A stretch of 64,000 nt of DNA from Mobula hypostoma (taxonomy: Eukaryota): contig NC_086100.1 in assembly GCF_963921235.1 (NCBI RefSeq), positions 199,580,001 to 199,644,000 of the forward strand. Direction: 5' to 3'. The translations under genes and the position numbers were made by a program. Every line of letters starts with the position of its first letter. The stretch's first letter is position 1. Under the pieces are notes generated by a model, which was not told where the DNA came from, did not search any database, and saw only the letters and a list, made by a program, of their open reading frames with translations. Below, piece by piece: positions 11,500 to 23,829 of this stretch.

Positions 11500-14400
11500 G
11501 ACATCTCTGACTCCCCTCTCCCCACCCACCCACCTCTTTCTCGTGACTCAACACTCACCCACTTCTCTCCTCCCACACCCCACTCCCTACCCACCCCTCC
11601 CTCTCCCCCCACTTCCCACCCACCTCTCTCTCCCCACCCCATCCACTCTCCTCTCTTTCTCCACACTTTACACTCCCCACTACTCACCCAACCATCTCTC
11701 TCCCTACCCTCTTCTCCCTCTCCATTCCTGACCCACCCACCTCTCTCCGCACTCCTCACCCACCCACCTCTCTGTCCCCTCTCCCCACCTACTCACCTCT
11801 CTCCCCCCACTCCACACCTACCCACCTCTCTCTCCCCACTCCCCAATGACCTCATTCCCCATGAACTCTTCACTCTCTCCCTATTCCCCACCCACCCCCT
11901 TCTCTCTGCCCACATCAGACTCTCAGTGTGACCTCTGCTGATACTGCTGTTACTGTACCCTGGTTTACAGAGAGATTTAGAGCTTTTGCTCTCAAACTTT
12001 CCTTTTCAAAGAAATCATGTGACTGTACGGAGTCAAACAGGCACTCAGCCCAAAATATTCCTGCTGACCAGTAACTACCCAATGACCAGCCCAAATCCTA
12101 TAGACATCTCTCACTCCCCACTCACTTCTGTCTTCCCACTCACCATCCACCCAACTCATTCCCCACACTCCCCACCCACACACCTCTCTCTCACCACTCC
12201 CCACACACACCTCTCTCTCCCCACTCCACACCTACTCTCCTCTCTCCCCACTCCCCACCCACCTACCTCTCTCTCCCCACTCCCCACCCACTCTCCTCTC
12301 TCCCCATCCACTCTCCTCTCTCTCCCCACTCCACACCCACTCTCTCCACTCCCCACCCACTCACCTCTCTCCCCACCCACTCTCCTCTCTTCCCACTCCT
12401 CACCCACTCTCCTCTCTCTCCCCACTTCCCACCCCACATCTCTCTCTCCCCACTCCCCACCCACTCTCCTCTCTCCCCACTCCCCACCCACCCCTCTCTC
12501 CCCACTCCCCACCCACTCTCCTCTCTCTCCCCTCCCCACCCACTCTCCTCTCTCTTCCCACTCCCCACTCACTCTCCTCTCTCCCCACTCCCTACCCACC
12601 CCTCTCCCCACTCCCCACCCACTCTCCTCTCTCTCCCCACTCCCCACCCACTCTCTCCACTCCCCACCCACTCTCTCCACTCCCCACCCACTCACCTCTC
12701 TCCCCACCCACTTTCCTCTCTTCCCACTCCTCACCCACTCTCCTCTCTCTCCCCCACTCCCCACCCCACATTTCTCTCTCCCCACTCCCCACCCACTCTC
12801 CTCTCTCCCCACTCCCCACCCACCCCTCTCTCCCCACTCCCCACCCACTCTCCTCTCTCTCCCCACTCCCCACCCACTCTCCTCTCTCCCCACTCCCCAC
12901 CCACTCTCTCCACTCCCCACCCACTCACCTCTCTCCCCACCCACTCTCCTCTCTTCGCACTCCTCACCCACTCTCCTCTCTCTCCCCCCACTCCCCACCC
13001 CACATCTCTCTCTCCCCACTCCCCACCCACTCTCCTCTCTGCCCACCCACTCTCCTCTCTCTCCCCACTCCCCACCCACTCTCCTCTCTCTCCCCACTCC
13101 TCACCCACTCTCTCCACTCCCCACCCACTCTCCTCTCTTCCCACTCCTCACCCACTCTCCTCTCTCTCCCCACTCCCCACCCACTCTCCTCTCTCTCCAC
13201 TCCCCACCCACCCCTCTCTCCCCACCCTGGGCCAACTCTGCTTCCTCCATCCACTCAGTGGGCATTTCTCTCCCCAGCCCACTCTCTACCCCCCCAACTC
13301 ACCCATCCCTCTCGACCAGCCTCTGCCCCACTCCCATTACACACCACACCCCAGCCCTCTCTGACCATCTCTTTCTTACTCACTCCTTATCCCCGTCTCC
13401 CCACGTCTGTTCCCTGATTCAATCCTCTCCATCTCCAGCACTGACTGAGAGTCACTGACTTGAATCACAATCTTTGTTTTTCTCTCTGCAGATGCTGCCC
13501 GACCTGGTGAGTCTGAGCAGCAGTTTCCAATTTTACCTCAGATTTCCAGTGTCTGCAGTTTCCTGTTGAGCTGCCGTTAGCCGAAGGTTCGTGGTGTGGG
13601 ACACACAGGTTGAAGTGATGCCACCAGAGAAATGAAGTCAGCTTTCTTCAGTCTGGAGAAATAATATTTGGTAGGAGGGTGAATTGAATTCCAGAGACAA
13701 CAGTGAATCAGTCTAAACCAAACTGTAAAACAGCAAAAGGCAGAGAGAGTGATGAACCAGCTGCTTCTGTCAGTGACCCAGCCAGTGCTGAGCGGTAACT
13801 ACCTGTCTGTACTGATCCCATTAACAGCACCCCTCCCCTAGACATCTCTGACTCCCCTCTCCCCACCCACCCACCTCTTTCTCGTGACTCAACACTCACC
13901 CACTTCTCTCTCCCTATTCCCCACACATCTAACTCTCTCCCCCCAGTCCCCAGCCACCAAACTCTCTCCCCATTTCACAACTACCCCTTTTCCCACTCCC
14001 ACCTCACCCACCTCTGTTCCATTGTCCCACAGCCAACCCACCTCTCTCCCAGTCAGCCCACCCACCACTCTCCCATCCATCCACCCACCCAACTCTCTCT
14101 CTCCATCTCCACCCACCCACCTCATTCTCCCCACTCCCCACCCACCCACCACTCTCACCCACCCCCTACCCACCCACTTCTCTCTCCCCAGCCCCACTTT
14201 CCACTCACCTCACTCTACCCACATCCACAGCTCTCTCTCCACTCCCCACCCACCTCTCTCCCATCTTCCCACAACCAACCCACCTCTCTCTCCCCACTCC
14301 CCAACGACCCATCTCTCTCCCTCATTCCTCACACACCCTTCACTCTCTCCCTATTCCCCACCCACCCCTTCTCTCTGCCCATATCAGACTCTTAGTGTGA

Positions 14401-14880
14401 CCTCTGCTGATACTGCTGTTACTGTACCCTGGTTTACAGAGAGATTCAGAGCTTTTACTCTCAAACCTTTCTTTTCAAAGAATTTGTGTGATTATTTGTA
14501 TGGAGTCAAATAGACATTCCGCCCAACATATTCATGCTGACCGGTAACTACCTGTCTGTACTGATCCCAATGAACAGCCCAAATCCTATCAACATCTTGC
14601 ACTCCTAACCCTCCACCCACACACACTCGTCTCTCCCCACTCCCCACCCACCCACTTCTCTCTCCCCATTACCAACCCAATCACCTCTCTCCGCACTCCC
14701 CACCCCCACTAATCACCCAACCATCTCTCTCTCTCTCTCCCTACCCTCCTCTCCCTCCCCATTCCTAACCAACCCACCTCCCTTCACACTCCCCACCCAC
14801 CCACTTCTCTCACCCCACTACACACCTCCCTGTCCCCACTCACCACCCATCCACAATTCCTCCCCTCTTCCCACCCACAC
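11500..14880. repeat. C/T-rich low-complexity minisatellite blocks (CCCCACCCACTCTCCTCTCT-like) interleaved with duplicated unique modules
   Basis: Blocks at ~11500-11910, 12100-13400, 13850-14380 and 14600-14880. The purest stretch, 12140-13225, has almost no G on the plus strand. Confidence 0.9.
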
Positions 14881-14884
14881 CTAT

Positions 14885-16282
14885 AAAGGTAGTAGGGATA
14901 GTCCGGGTAATTATAGACCAGTGAGCCTTACGTCTGTGGTGGGAAAGCTGTTGGAAAAGATTCTTAGAGATAGGATCTATAGGCATTTAGAGAATCACGG
15001 TCTGATCAGGGACAGTCAGCATGGCTTTGTGAAGGGCAGATCGTGTCCAACAAGCCTGATAGAGTTCTTTGAGGAGGTGACCAGGTATATAGATGAGGGT
15101 AGTGCAGTGGATGTGATCTATATGGATTTTAGTAAGGCATTTGACAAGGCTCCACACGGTAGGCTTATTCAGAAAGTTAGAAAGCATGGGATCCGGGGAA
15201 GTTTGGCCAGGTGGATTCAGAATTGGCTTGCCTGTGGAAGGAAGAGGGTGGTGATGGAGGGAGTACATTCAGATTGGAGGATTGTGACTAGTGGTGTCCC
15301 ACAAGGATCTGTTTTGGGACCTCTACTTTTCGTGATTTTTATTAACGACCTGGATGTGGGGGTAAAAGGGTGGGTTGGCAAGTTTGCAGATGACACAAAG
15401 GTTGGTTGTGTTGTAGATAGTTTAGAGGATTGTCAAAGATTGCAGAGAGACATTGATAGGATGCAGAAGTGGGCTGAGAAGTGGCAGATGGAGTTCAACC
15501 CGGAGAAGTGTGAGGTGGTACACTTTGGAAGGACAAACTCCAAGGCAGAGTACAAAGTAAATGGCAGGATACTTGGTAGTGTGGAGGAGCAGAGGGATCT
15601 CGGGGTACATGTCCACAGATTCCTGAAAGTTGCCTCACAGGTGGATAGGGTAGTTAAGAAAGCTTATGGGGTGTTAGCTTTCATAAGTCGATGGATAGAG
15701 TTTAAGAGTCGCGATGTAATGATGCGGCTCTATAAAACTCTGATTAGGCCACACTTGGAGTACTGTGTCCAATTCTGGTCACCTCACTATAGGAAGGATG
15801 TAGAAGCATTGGAAAGGGTACAGAGGAGATTTACCAGGATGCTGCCTGGTTTAGAAAGTATGCATTATGATCAGAGATTAAGGGAGCTAGGGCTTTACTC
15901 TTTGGAGAGAAGGAGGATGAGAGGAGACATGATAGAGGTGTACAAGATAATAAGAGGAATAGATAGAGTGGATAGCCAGCGCCTCTTCCCCAGGGCACCA
16001 CTGCTCAATACAAGAGGACATGGCTTTAAGGTAAGGGGTGGGAAGTTCAAGGGGGATATTAGAGGAAGGTTTTTTACTCAGAGAGTGGTTGGTGCGTGGA
16101 ATACACTGCCTGAGTCAGTGGTGGAGGCAGATACACTAGTGAAGTTTAAGAGACTACTAGACAGGTATATGGAGGAATCTAAGGTGGGGGCTTATATGGG
16201 AGGCAGGGTTTGAGGGTCAGCACAACATTGTGGGCCGAAGGGCCTGTACTGTGCTGTACTATTCTATGCTCTATGTTCTATG
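14885..16282 (+). mobile_element. 5'-truncated young CR1 LINE with uninterrupted 430-aa RT C-terminal frame
   Basis: ORF 14921-16213 contains 'QHGF', '[13 protein letters not shown]' and 'KFADDTK', then a (ttctatg)n tail. Highly similar to 29480-30866. Confidence 0.95.
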
Positions 16283-16284
16283 TT

Positions 16285-16692
16285 ACCTCTCCCTACCCAT
16301 GGACCTCTCTCCCTGCTGCCCACCCATCTCTCTCTCTCCTTCTCAACCCACCCACCACTCTCCCCTGTCCCCACTCCCCACACAAATCTCTCCCCACTCT
16401 ACACACATCCACCTCTCTATCCCCTCTCCTCACCCATCTCTCTCTCTCCCCACTCCCCACTCCCCACCACCCACCTTACTCACCACTACCCACCTCATTC
16501 CCCACTCCCCACCCACCCACCTCTCTCTCCCCACTTCCCACCCACCTACATCTATCTCTCCTATCCCTCCCAACCACCTCTTTCCCCTTACCCCACCCCT
16601 CACTACCCACCCACCCATCATTCTCTCCCCACTCCTCATTCACCCATCCTTCTCTCTCCTCTCCCCACCCACCCACCCTCTCTGCCCACCCA
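16285..16692. repeat. Continuation of the C/T-rich low-complexity tract after the CR1 insertion
   Basis: Same ccccactccccacccac motifs as 14600-14880. Confidence 0.85.
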
Positions 16693-17204
16693 AGACCAAC
16701 TTCGCTTCGCCCGGCTACTCAGTACTCATTTCCTCCCCTCCACAATGTACCCGTAATGGGTTCGGCCATGTCTACGGCTTTTTGTGGACCTTTCCATTCT
16801 AAGGCTTTGGTGTTCCCATACCAAGCCATAATTCAACCAGTCAATATACTCTCCACCACAAATCAATGGAAGTGTGTCAAAGTTTTATATGACAGGCCGA
16901 AACTTCACAAACTTCTAAGAGAGTACTGAGAGAGAGCACGAGAAGAGAGCTACCTTTTCAATCAGGTCCTCTCTCAAGATCAACAAGGCAGAACTCCATG
17001 GCAGTGTCTCAGAGTTGGACTGAAACTCATCACTGAGCGGGATTCATAAGAGAGGGTGAATGAAAATAATTCAAGCACAAGCGGAGTGGCCATTGTTGTG
17101 AGTGGGTCAGTGTTCAGAATGGCTTTGGCTCATCGGGCTTGGATATGGTCAGCATCTGTTCAGTTGGAGGAGGCCATGTTAAGCATCATGGCCTCCTTCA
17201 CCGT

Positions 17205-17632
17205 TGTGATGAGGCCACACTTAGGTTGGAGGACCAGCACTTTATATTCCATTTGGTTAGCCTCCAACCTGATGGCATGAACATCGATTTCTGAAACTTC
17301 CGGTAATGACCCCCAACCCCACCCTTCACCATTTCTCATCCCCTATTCCCTCTCTCACTTTATCTCCTTGCTCACCCATCACCCCCTTTTCTTTCTTCCA
17401 TGGCCTTCAGTCTCTCTCACCTATCAACTTCCAAGCTCGTGACGTCATCCCTCCCCCTCCAAGTTTTGCCTATAATCTGGTGTTTCTCTCTCCCCTCCCC
17501 ACCTTTCTAATCTACTCCTCAGCTTTTTCACTTCAGTCTTGCCGAATGGTTTTGGCCAGAAACGTCAACTGTACGCTTTTCCATAGATGCTGCTTGGCCG
17601 GCTGAGTTCCTCCAGCATTTTGTGTGTGTTGC
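17205..17632 (+). mobile_element. Penelope-like 3' fragment with degenerate hammerhead motif (17534-17571)
   Basis: 'TLRLEDQHFIFHLVSLQPDGMNID', then cagtc-ttgccga-atggttttggcca-GAAAC-GTC-aactg and 'gctgagttcctccagcattttgtgtgt'. Confidence 0.75.
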
Positions 17633-17689
17633 ATTCTGTTGAGTTTCTCCTTTTCTTCTTAATTGTTCATTCCTCGTCTGTTGGGACAC

Positions 17690-19470
17690 AGTAGTGCTGA
17701 GAGAATGGCTCCAGAGACAGTGTTTTGTTCTGTGTGTGAGATATGGGAGACCTCCATTCTCACAGATAACCACATCTGCACCAGGTGCACTGAGCTGCAG
17801 CTCCTCAGAAAAGGCGTTGACAAACTGGAGCTGCAGTTTGATGACCTTCAGCTCATCGTTGTCATCATGGCTATCCCTCTAGGTCGAGGATAATGGTCTT
17901 CATTCTGAAGAAGTGGCCCACAGAGTGAAGACGCCCGTGCATGTGTTTGTTTAACGTGTACTTGGTGTTGCACTCCAAGAAGCACACCATACTTCACAAA
18001 TCAACCCACTGATTCCATGGCATGGAAACCACGATGATTGGAGCTGATGGATTTGTTGCAGCCTTCCTCTGCCTTCACAGCCGTTGATTTCAAAGTAATT
18101 TTGTCCGCCTGTTCCACCGTTGAAGTCTTGGTTGGATTGTTCTTTGTCAGGGACCTCACCCTCGACCTTTCCACCATGGGTGACCCTACCAGGAGCATAG
18201 CTCCAGACAGCATCGCTCTCAGGATCACAGGACCACACAAGCTTCTCCACCACGACAAGGTGACAATCCACAGAGAAGTCAGCTCATACAGGAGAATGAG
18301 GAGGTGATAGGCAGGAGCTACAGGGAGGCAGGGACCCCTGAGTTGCAGGAAGCAGGTACCTGGGTGACTGTCAGGAGGGGGAGGGAAAATACACATTGTA
18401 TTGAATGGAGAGGTGGGTAGGCAGAGGGGGTGGCTTGGCTCAGTTGGTAAAAAAGAAATGTCACATCATTGGAACGAGGTGACGTAGGGTCAGAAATGTT
18501 GAATCGCTGTGGGTAGAGTTAAGGAACTGACAGGGTAGAAAGACCCTCAAACAGTAGTAAAAATATGGTTTACACATTTCAATGTGAAGTACAAAATGCA
18601 TGCTAATAATGCAATGTTATGATCGTCATTGGGGATTTCAATATGCAGGTAGATTGGGAAAATCAGATTGATTTAGGATCCCAAGAGGGGGAGTTTCTAG
18701 AGTACGTATGAGATGGCTTTTTAACCAGCTCATAGCTGAGCCCACTAGGAGATAAGCTGTTCTGGACTGGGTGTTGTGCAATGAACCAGGATTAGAAAGC
18801 TTAAGGCAAAGGAACCCTCAGGAGCCAGTGATAACAATATGACAGAAATCACCTTGCAATTCGAGAAGGAGAAGCTAATGGCAGATGTATCAGTATTACT
18901 GTGGAGTAAAGGGAATTACAGAGGCATGAGAGAGGATCTGGCCAAAATTGATCAGAAAAGGAACACTGGCAGGGTTGACGGCAGCGCAGCTGTTGTTGGA
19001 ATTTTTGGGAGCAATTTGGAAGCTTCAGGATTCCTTCCCAAAGGGAAGAAATATTCCAAAGGCAGGATGACATAACCATGAATGACAATCTAAGTTAAAG
19101 CCAAAAACCAGTGGGAAGTTAGAGGACTGGGAAACTTTTAAAAGCCAACTTAAAGTAGTCACAAAGAAGGAAAAGATGGAATATGAAGGTAAGGTGGCTA
19201 ATAATATTAAAGAAGATACCAAAAGTTTCTTCAGATATGTAAAGTGTAACAGAGAGGTAAGAGTAGATATCAGATTGCTGGAAAATGATACTGGAGAGAG
19301 AGCGGGACAAGAAAATGGTGAATGAACTGAAGAAGTATTTTGCATTTGTCTTCACTGTGGAAGACACGAGCAGTATGCTGGAAGTTCGAATGTGTCGGGG
19401 GCCGAAGTGTGTGATGTTGCCATTATTAGAGAGAAGATTCTTGGGAAACAGAAAAGTCTGAAGGTAGATA
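17690..19470 (+). mobile_element. Old CR1 LINE (ORF1 zinc finger and ORF2 endonuclease remnants), interrupted at 17857-18278
   Basis: 'CSVCEIWE...HICTRCTELQLL' and 'IGDFNMQVDW', with many deletions. Confidence 0.75.
17857..18278 (-). mobile_element. Non-autonomous RTE-related retroelement, 422 bp
   Basis: 9-bp TSD tcagctcat (17848-17856 and 18279-18287). The 5' end 'caccttgtcgtggtggag' resembles RTE/BovB/Rex3-type 5' UTRs. Short (gat)-like tail. Confidence 0.75.
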
Positions 19471-20445
19471 CATGGAAACATAGAAAATAGGTGCAGGAGT
19501 AGGCCATTCAGTCCTTCGAGCCTGCACCGCCATTCAGGATGATCATGGCTGATCATCCACTCAGAACCCTGTACCAGCCTTCCCTCCATACCCACTGATC
19601 CCTTTAGCCACAAGAGCCATATCTAACTCCCTCTTAAATATAGCCAATGAACTGGCCTCAACTGTTTCCTGTGGCAGAGAATTCTACAGATTCACCACTC
19701 TTTGTGTGAAGAAGTTTTTCCTAATCTCGGTCCTAAAAAGCTTCCCCTTTATCCTCAAACTGTGACCCCTCGTTCTGGACTTCCCCAACATCGGGAACAA
19801 TCTTCCTGCATCGAGCCTGTCCAATCCCTTTAGGATTTTATATGTTTCAATAAGATCCCCCCTCAATGTTCTAAATTCCATCGAGTATAAGCCTAGTCCA
19901 TCCAGTCTTTCATCATATGAAAGTCCTGCCATCCCAGGAATCAATCTGCTGAACCTTCTTTGTACTCCCTCTATGGCAAGGATGTCTTTCCTCAGATTAG
20001 GGGACCAAAACTGCACACACCAAGGCCTTATACAACTGCAGTAGTACCTCCCTGCTCCTGTACTCGAATCCTCTTGCTATAAATGCCAGCATACCATTCG
20101 CCTTTTTCACCGCCTGCTGTACCTGCATGCCCACTTTCAATGACTGGTGTTTAATGACACCCAGGTCTCGTTGCACCTCCCCTTTTCCTAATCGGCCACC
20201 ATTCAGATAATAATCTGTTTTCCTGTTCTTGCCACCAAAGTGTATAACCTCATATTTATCCACATTAAATTGCAGCTGCCATGAATTTGCCCACTCACCT
20301 AACCTATCCAAGTCACCCTGCATCCTCTTAGCATCCTCTTCACGGCTAACACTGCCGCCCAGCTTCGTGTCATCTGCAAACTTGGAGATGCTGCATTTAA
20401 CTCCCTCATCCAAGTCATTAATATATATTGTAAACAACTGGACCA
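19470..20445 (-). mobile_element. 5'-truncated CR1 LINE, same subfamily as 23830-28152
   Basis: 'KFADDTKLGG' and 'QFWSPNLRKD'; near-identical to 27160-28150. Confidence 0.92.
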
Positions 20446-20561
20446 GATGGCATACACCCCAGGGTTCTGAAAGAGGAGACTGTAGAGATTGTGGAAGCAT
20501 TGGTAGTGGGAACAGCTTCTTTCCCTCTCCATCAGATTTCTGAACGGTCCATGAATCAGGA

Positions 20562-21893
20562 ACAGAATCAGAATCAGAATCAGGTTTATTATCAACGACA
20601 TGTGTCCTGGAATTTGTAAACTTAGCAGCAGCAGTTCAATGCAATACATAATATACAAAAGTAATAAAATAAAATAAATTACAAATAATAATAATAATAA
20701 TAAGTAAGTAAATTAATTGCGTGTGTGTGTGTGGCCTCCGTCGGTCGTGGTCGACCATGGGTACTGGGCCTCTGGTAGTCACTGGTTTGTGGCCTTTCCA
20801 AGGTGCAAGCCAGGGCAGAGTTGATGTGGAGATCCGTCTGTTGCACATGCATTGGGACCCCCGTCTCCATGCTGATGACAGGTCCAAAGGAACGACGAAA
20901 GTCGGTACAGTTTGGTGCCAGCAGCATCGCAGGAGTTGCCGTGCCGGTGCTGGGTACAGCAGTCAGCCACCCACGGGACTCCGACTCCGGATTTTTCCTC
21001 GGGGTTTACTCCGAAAGTCTTTCCCGTTAGCGGGTATAGCAGCAAGGCTGCGGAGGTTTCAAATCGGCGTTTTCCCTCTCTGAGGTGAGCCCCATCTGCC
21101 CGGAGCAACTGGTTTTAAGGCACCTGTGGCCCACCTTTGCCCCTTCTCCTGTCAGTGAGAACAGCTCTGCTGGGCATCAGAACTATGCTACACGTGAAGG
21201 CCAGGAGTTGGACTTGGTTGTCAGAGGCTGTTTGAGACGCACGCCATGAAGAGCAGTTGTTTAGCAGTGGGAGCTCGTCTCCACTACCACCTTTCGGCGA
21301 TGACTGCCTTTGGAGCCAAGTAAATTAATATCAGTACAGGTATATTGAACAGATGAAAAATCATGCAAAAACAGAAATAACTGAAACATAGAAAACCTAC
21401 AGCACAATACAAGCCCTTTGACCCAGAAAGCTGTGCCGAACATGTCCTTACCTTAGAAATATATATTAAAAAAGTGAGGTAGTGTTCACAGGTTCAATGT
21501 CCATTTAGGAATTTGATGGCAGAGGGGAAGAAGCTGTTCCAGAATCGCTGAGTGTGTGCCTTCAGGCTTCTGTACCTCCTACCTGATGGTAACGGTGAGA
21601 AAAGGGCATGGCCTGGGTGCTGGAGGTCCTTAATAATGGACGCTACTCCTTGAAGATGTCCTGGGTACTTTGTAGGCTAGTACCCAAGATGGAGCTGACT
21701 AAATTTACAACCCTCTGCAGCTCCTTTTGGTCCTGTGCAGTAGTCCCCCCCCCCCCACCCCCATAACAGACAGTGATGCAGCCTTACAGAATGCTCTCCA
21801 CGGTACATTTACAGAAGTTTTTGATTGTATTTGTTGACATACCAAATCTCTTCAAATTCCTACTGAAGTATAGTTGCTGTTTTGCCTTCTTTA
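20562..21893 (-). mobile_element. Rex1-like LINE 3' portion with (attctg)n tail, interrupted at 20718-21317
   Basis: Closely matches 57594-58210. Confidence 0.8.
20718..21317 (-). mobile_element. Non-autonomous retroelement, 600 bp, (CA)n tail, probably RTE-mobilised
   Basis: 12-bp TSD aagtaaattaat (20706-20717 and 21318-21329). GC-rich body with a simple-repeat tail. Confidence 0.7.
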
Positions 21894-21903
21894 TAGAATC
21901 ATA

Positions 21904-22489
21904 CATAACACTCAGCTATACTGGCTCGTATTTATGTAGGGGAAACCCCGCCTGCCGCCCACCTGGTCTCCGGGTTATGTCGGTTGCTGTACAACTGTCA
22001 CCGGATTCAGCTTCAAACATCAATCATCAGCCAGCACACAATGTACGTTTTACCAATTACACTTTATAGATGTTACTAAGTCTATGAGATTAATAGAAGT
22101 TCCATACAAAAAAAGGAATGGAAAAGGCGCCAGACTTATCAAAGTTCAATTTCTTCGTGCACACGTTGGAGCTCGGGGACCTCTTCGGGACCACTCTGAC
22201 CCCGTTGACTCGCAGCTCGAGATCACCCGGGGTGATCAGCCTGAGCTTTCCCTGTCCGTTCGTCGTCCTCACGGTCTCTCCTCCAACCCCCAGCCGAAAC
22301 CCCCTGGTCCCCAGCCATATGATACAGCATGTCACCCCAAGAAAGAATAACATGGTCATCCATTGGTTCACTTACTCTGTTATCTGTTATAACCCAAGCA
22401 AAGTGAGAGCTGGAGACTTTATCATTAACATAACAAAGAAGCCATTTTAATTAACATATGCAGTAACATAACAGAAGAAACCCCTTACA
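21904..22489 (-). mobile_element. Solo LTR related to the Gypsy LTRs at 4113 and 10709
   Basis: On the minus strand it starts tgtaag and shares 'aaaatggcttctttgt' and 'gagctccaac...gtgcacgaa...ttgaact.tgataagt.tggcgcctttt' with those LTRs. 4-bp TSD cata (21900-21903 and 22490-22493). Confidence 0.85.
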
Positions 22490-23330
22490 CATAGAAAACC
22501 TACAAAACCTACAGCACAATACAGGCCCTTCGGCCCACAAAGCTGTGCTGACCATGTCCTTATCTTAGAAGTTACCTAGGGTTACCCATAGCCCTCTATT
22601 TTTCTGAGCTCCACGTACCTGTCCAGGAGTTTCTTAAAAGACCCCATCGTATACACCTCCACCACTGTTGCTGGCAGCCCATTCCGTGCACTCACCACTC
22701 TCTGCGTAAAAAAGCTTACCCCTGACATCTCCTCTGTACCTACTTCCAAGCATCTTAAAACTGTGCCCTCTTGTGTTAGCCATTTCAGCCCTGGAAAAAA
22801 GCCTCTGACCATCCACACAATCAATGTCTCTCATCATCTTATACACCTCTATCAGGTCACCTCTCATCCTCCATCGCTCCAAGGCAAAAAGGTCGATTTC
22901 ACTCAACCTATTCTCATAAGGCATGCTCCCCAATCCAGGCGACATCCTTGTAAATCTCCTCTGCACCCTTTCTATGGCTTCCACATCCTTCCTGTAGTGA
23001 GGGGACCAGAACTGAGCACAGTACTCCAAGTGGGGTCTGACCAGGGTCCTATATAGCTGCAACATTACCTCTCAGCTCTTAAACTCAATCCCACAATTGA
23101 TGAAGGCCAATACACTGTATGCTTTCTTAACCACAGAGTCAACCTATGCAGCAGGTTTGTGTGTCCTGTGGACTCGAACCCCAAGATCCCTCTGATCCTC
23201 CACACTGCCAAGAGTCTTACCATTAATACTATATTCTGCCATATTTGACCTACCAAAATGAACCACCTCACACTTATCTGGGTTGAACTCTCTCTGCCAC
23301 TTCTCAGCCCAGTTTTGCATCCTATCAAAA
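22490..23330 (-). mobile_element. CR1 LINE 3' portion
   Basis: 'LYRTLVRPHLEYCAQFWSPHYRKD' (ORF 22634-23065) plus tail. Confidence 0.9.
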
Positions 23331-23829
23331 GGACCTGGGAGGAATACTGAATGGAAAGAATTGAGACGAAGAGAGTCGGGAGAGAGAAGGATAAAGGTGC
23401 CGTTAGAGGTCGGTATAGGATATGGAACCAGAATGAGATGGGCTCAGAGAGTTGCATGGGAGACAGTGTATGCCCATCTCAAAAAAGACACGCGCATCCC
23501 TCTTCCTTTTCTCTCTTCAGCTCAGATGGGAGAGATGTGGCTGCCCCCTCTAGTAGTCCAGCTACAGTACATCCATCCTTTTGACCCTTCACCTTACCCC
23601 AGTTCTAACCCCAGCCGTCCTCATCATATCCCCCACATCAAATTTTAATCAGTATTGTCTGGTCTGGCGTTCACGGCCTTTAGGAAGCCACTGTTCAGAG
23701 CTGCACTCCAAACTGAATCCACAATTTATACTCAGATTTGAAGACTGGTGGCCCAAGTAATTTGCTAAATGTAAATGTTTAAACAGAAAAAAAATCTCTC
23801 CAACTTCAGAGAAAGAAGTCTGAGAATCG

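Noticed and set aside
11986..13458. 490-aa Pro/Ser/His/Leu ORF and antisense Gly/Glu/Arg/Trp ORFs
   Set aside because: Artefact of a low-complexity tract that lacks stop codons in most frames.
23330..23800. Unassigned segment between two CR1 elements
   Set aside because: No motif, splice pattern or terminal repeat that I could support.
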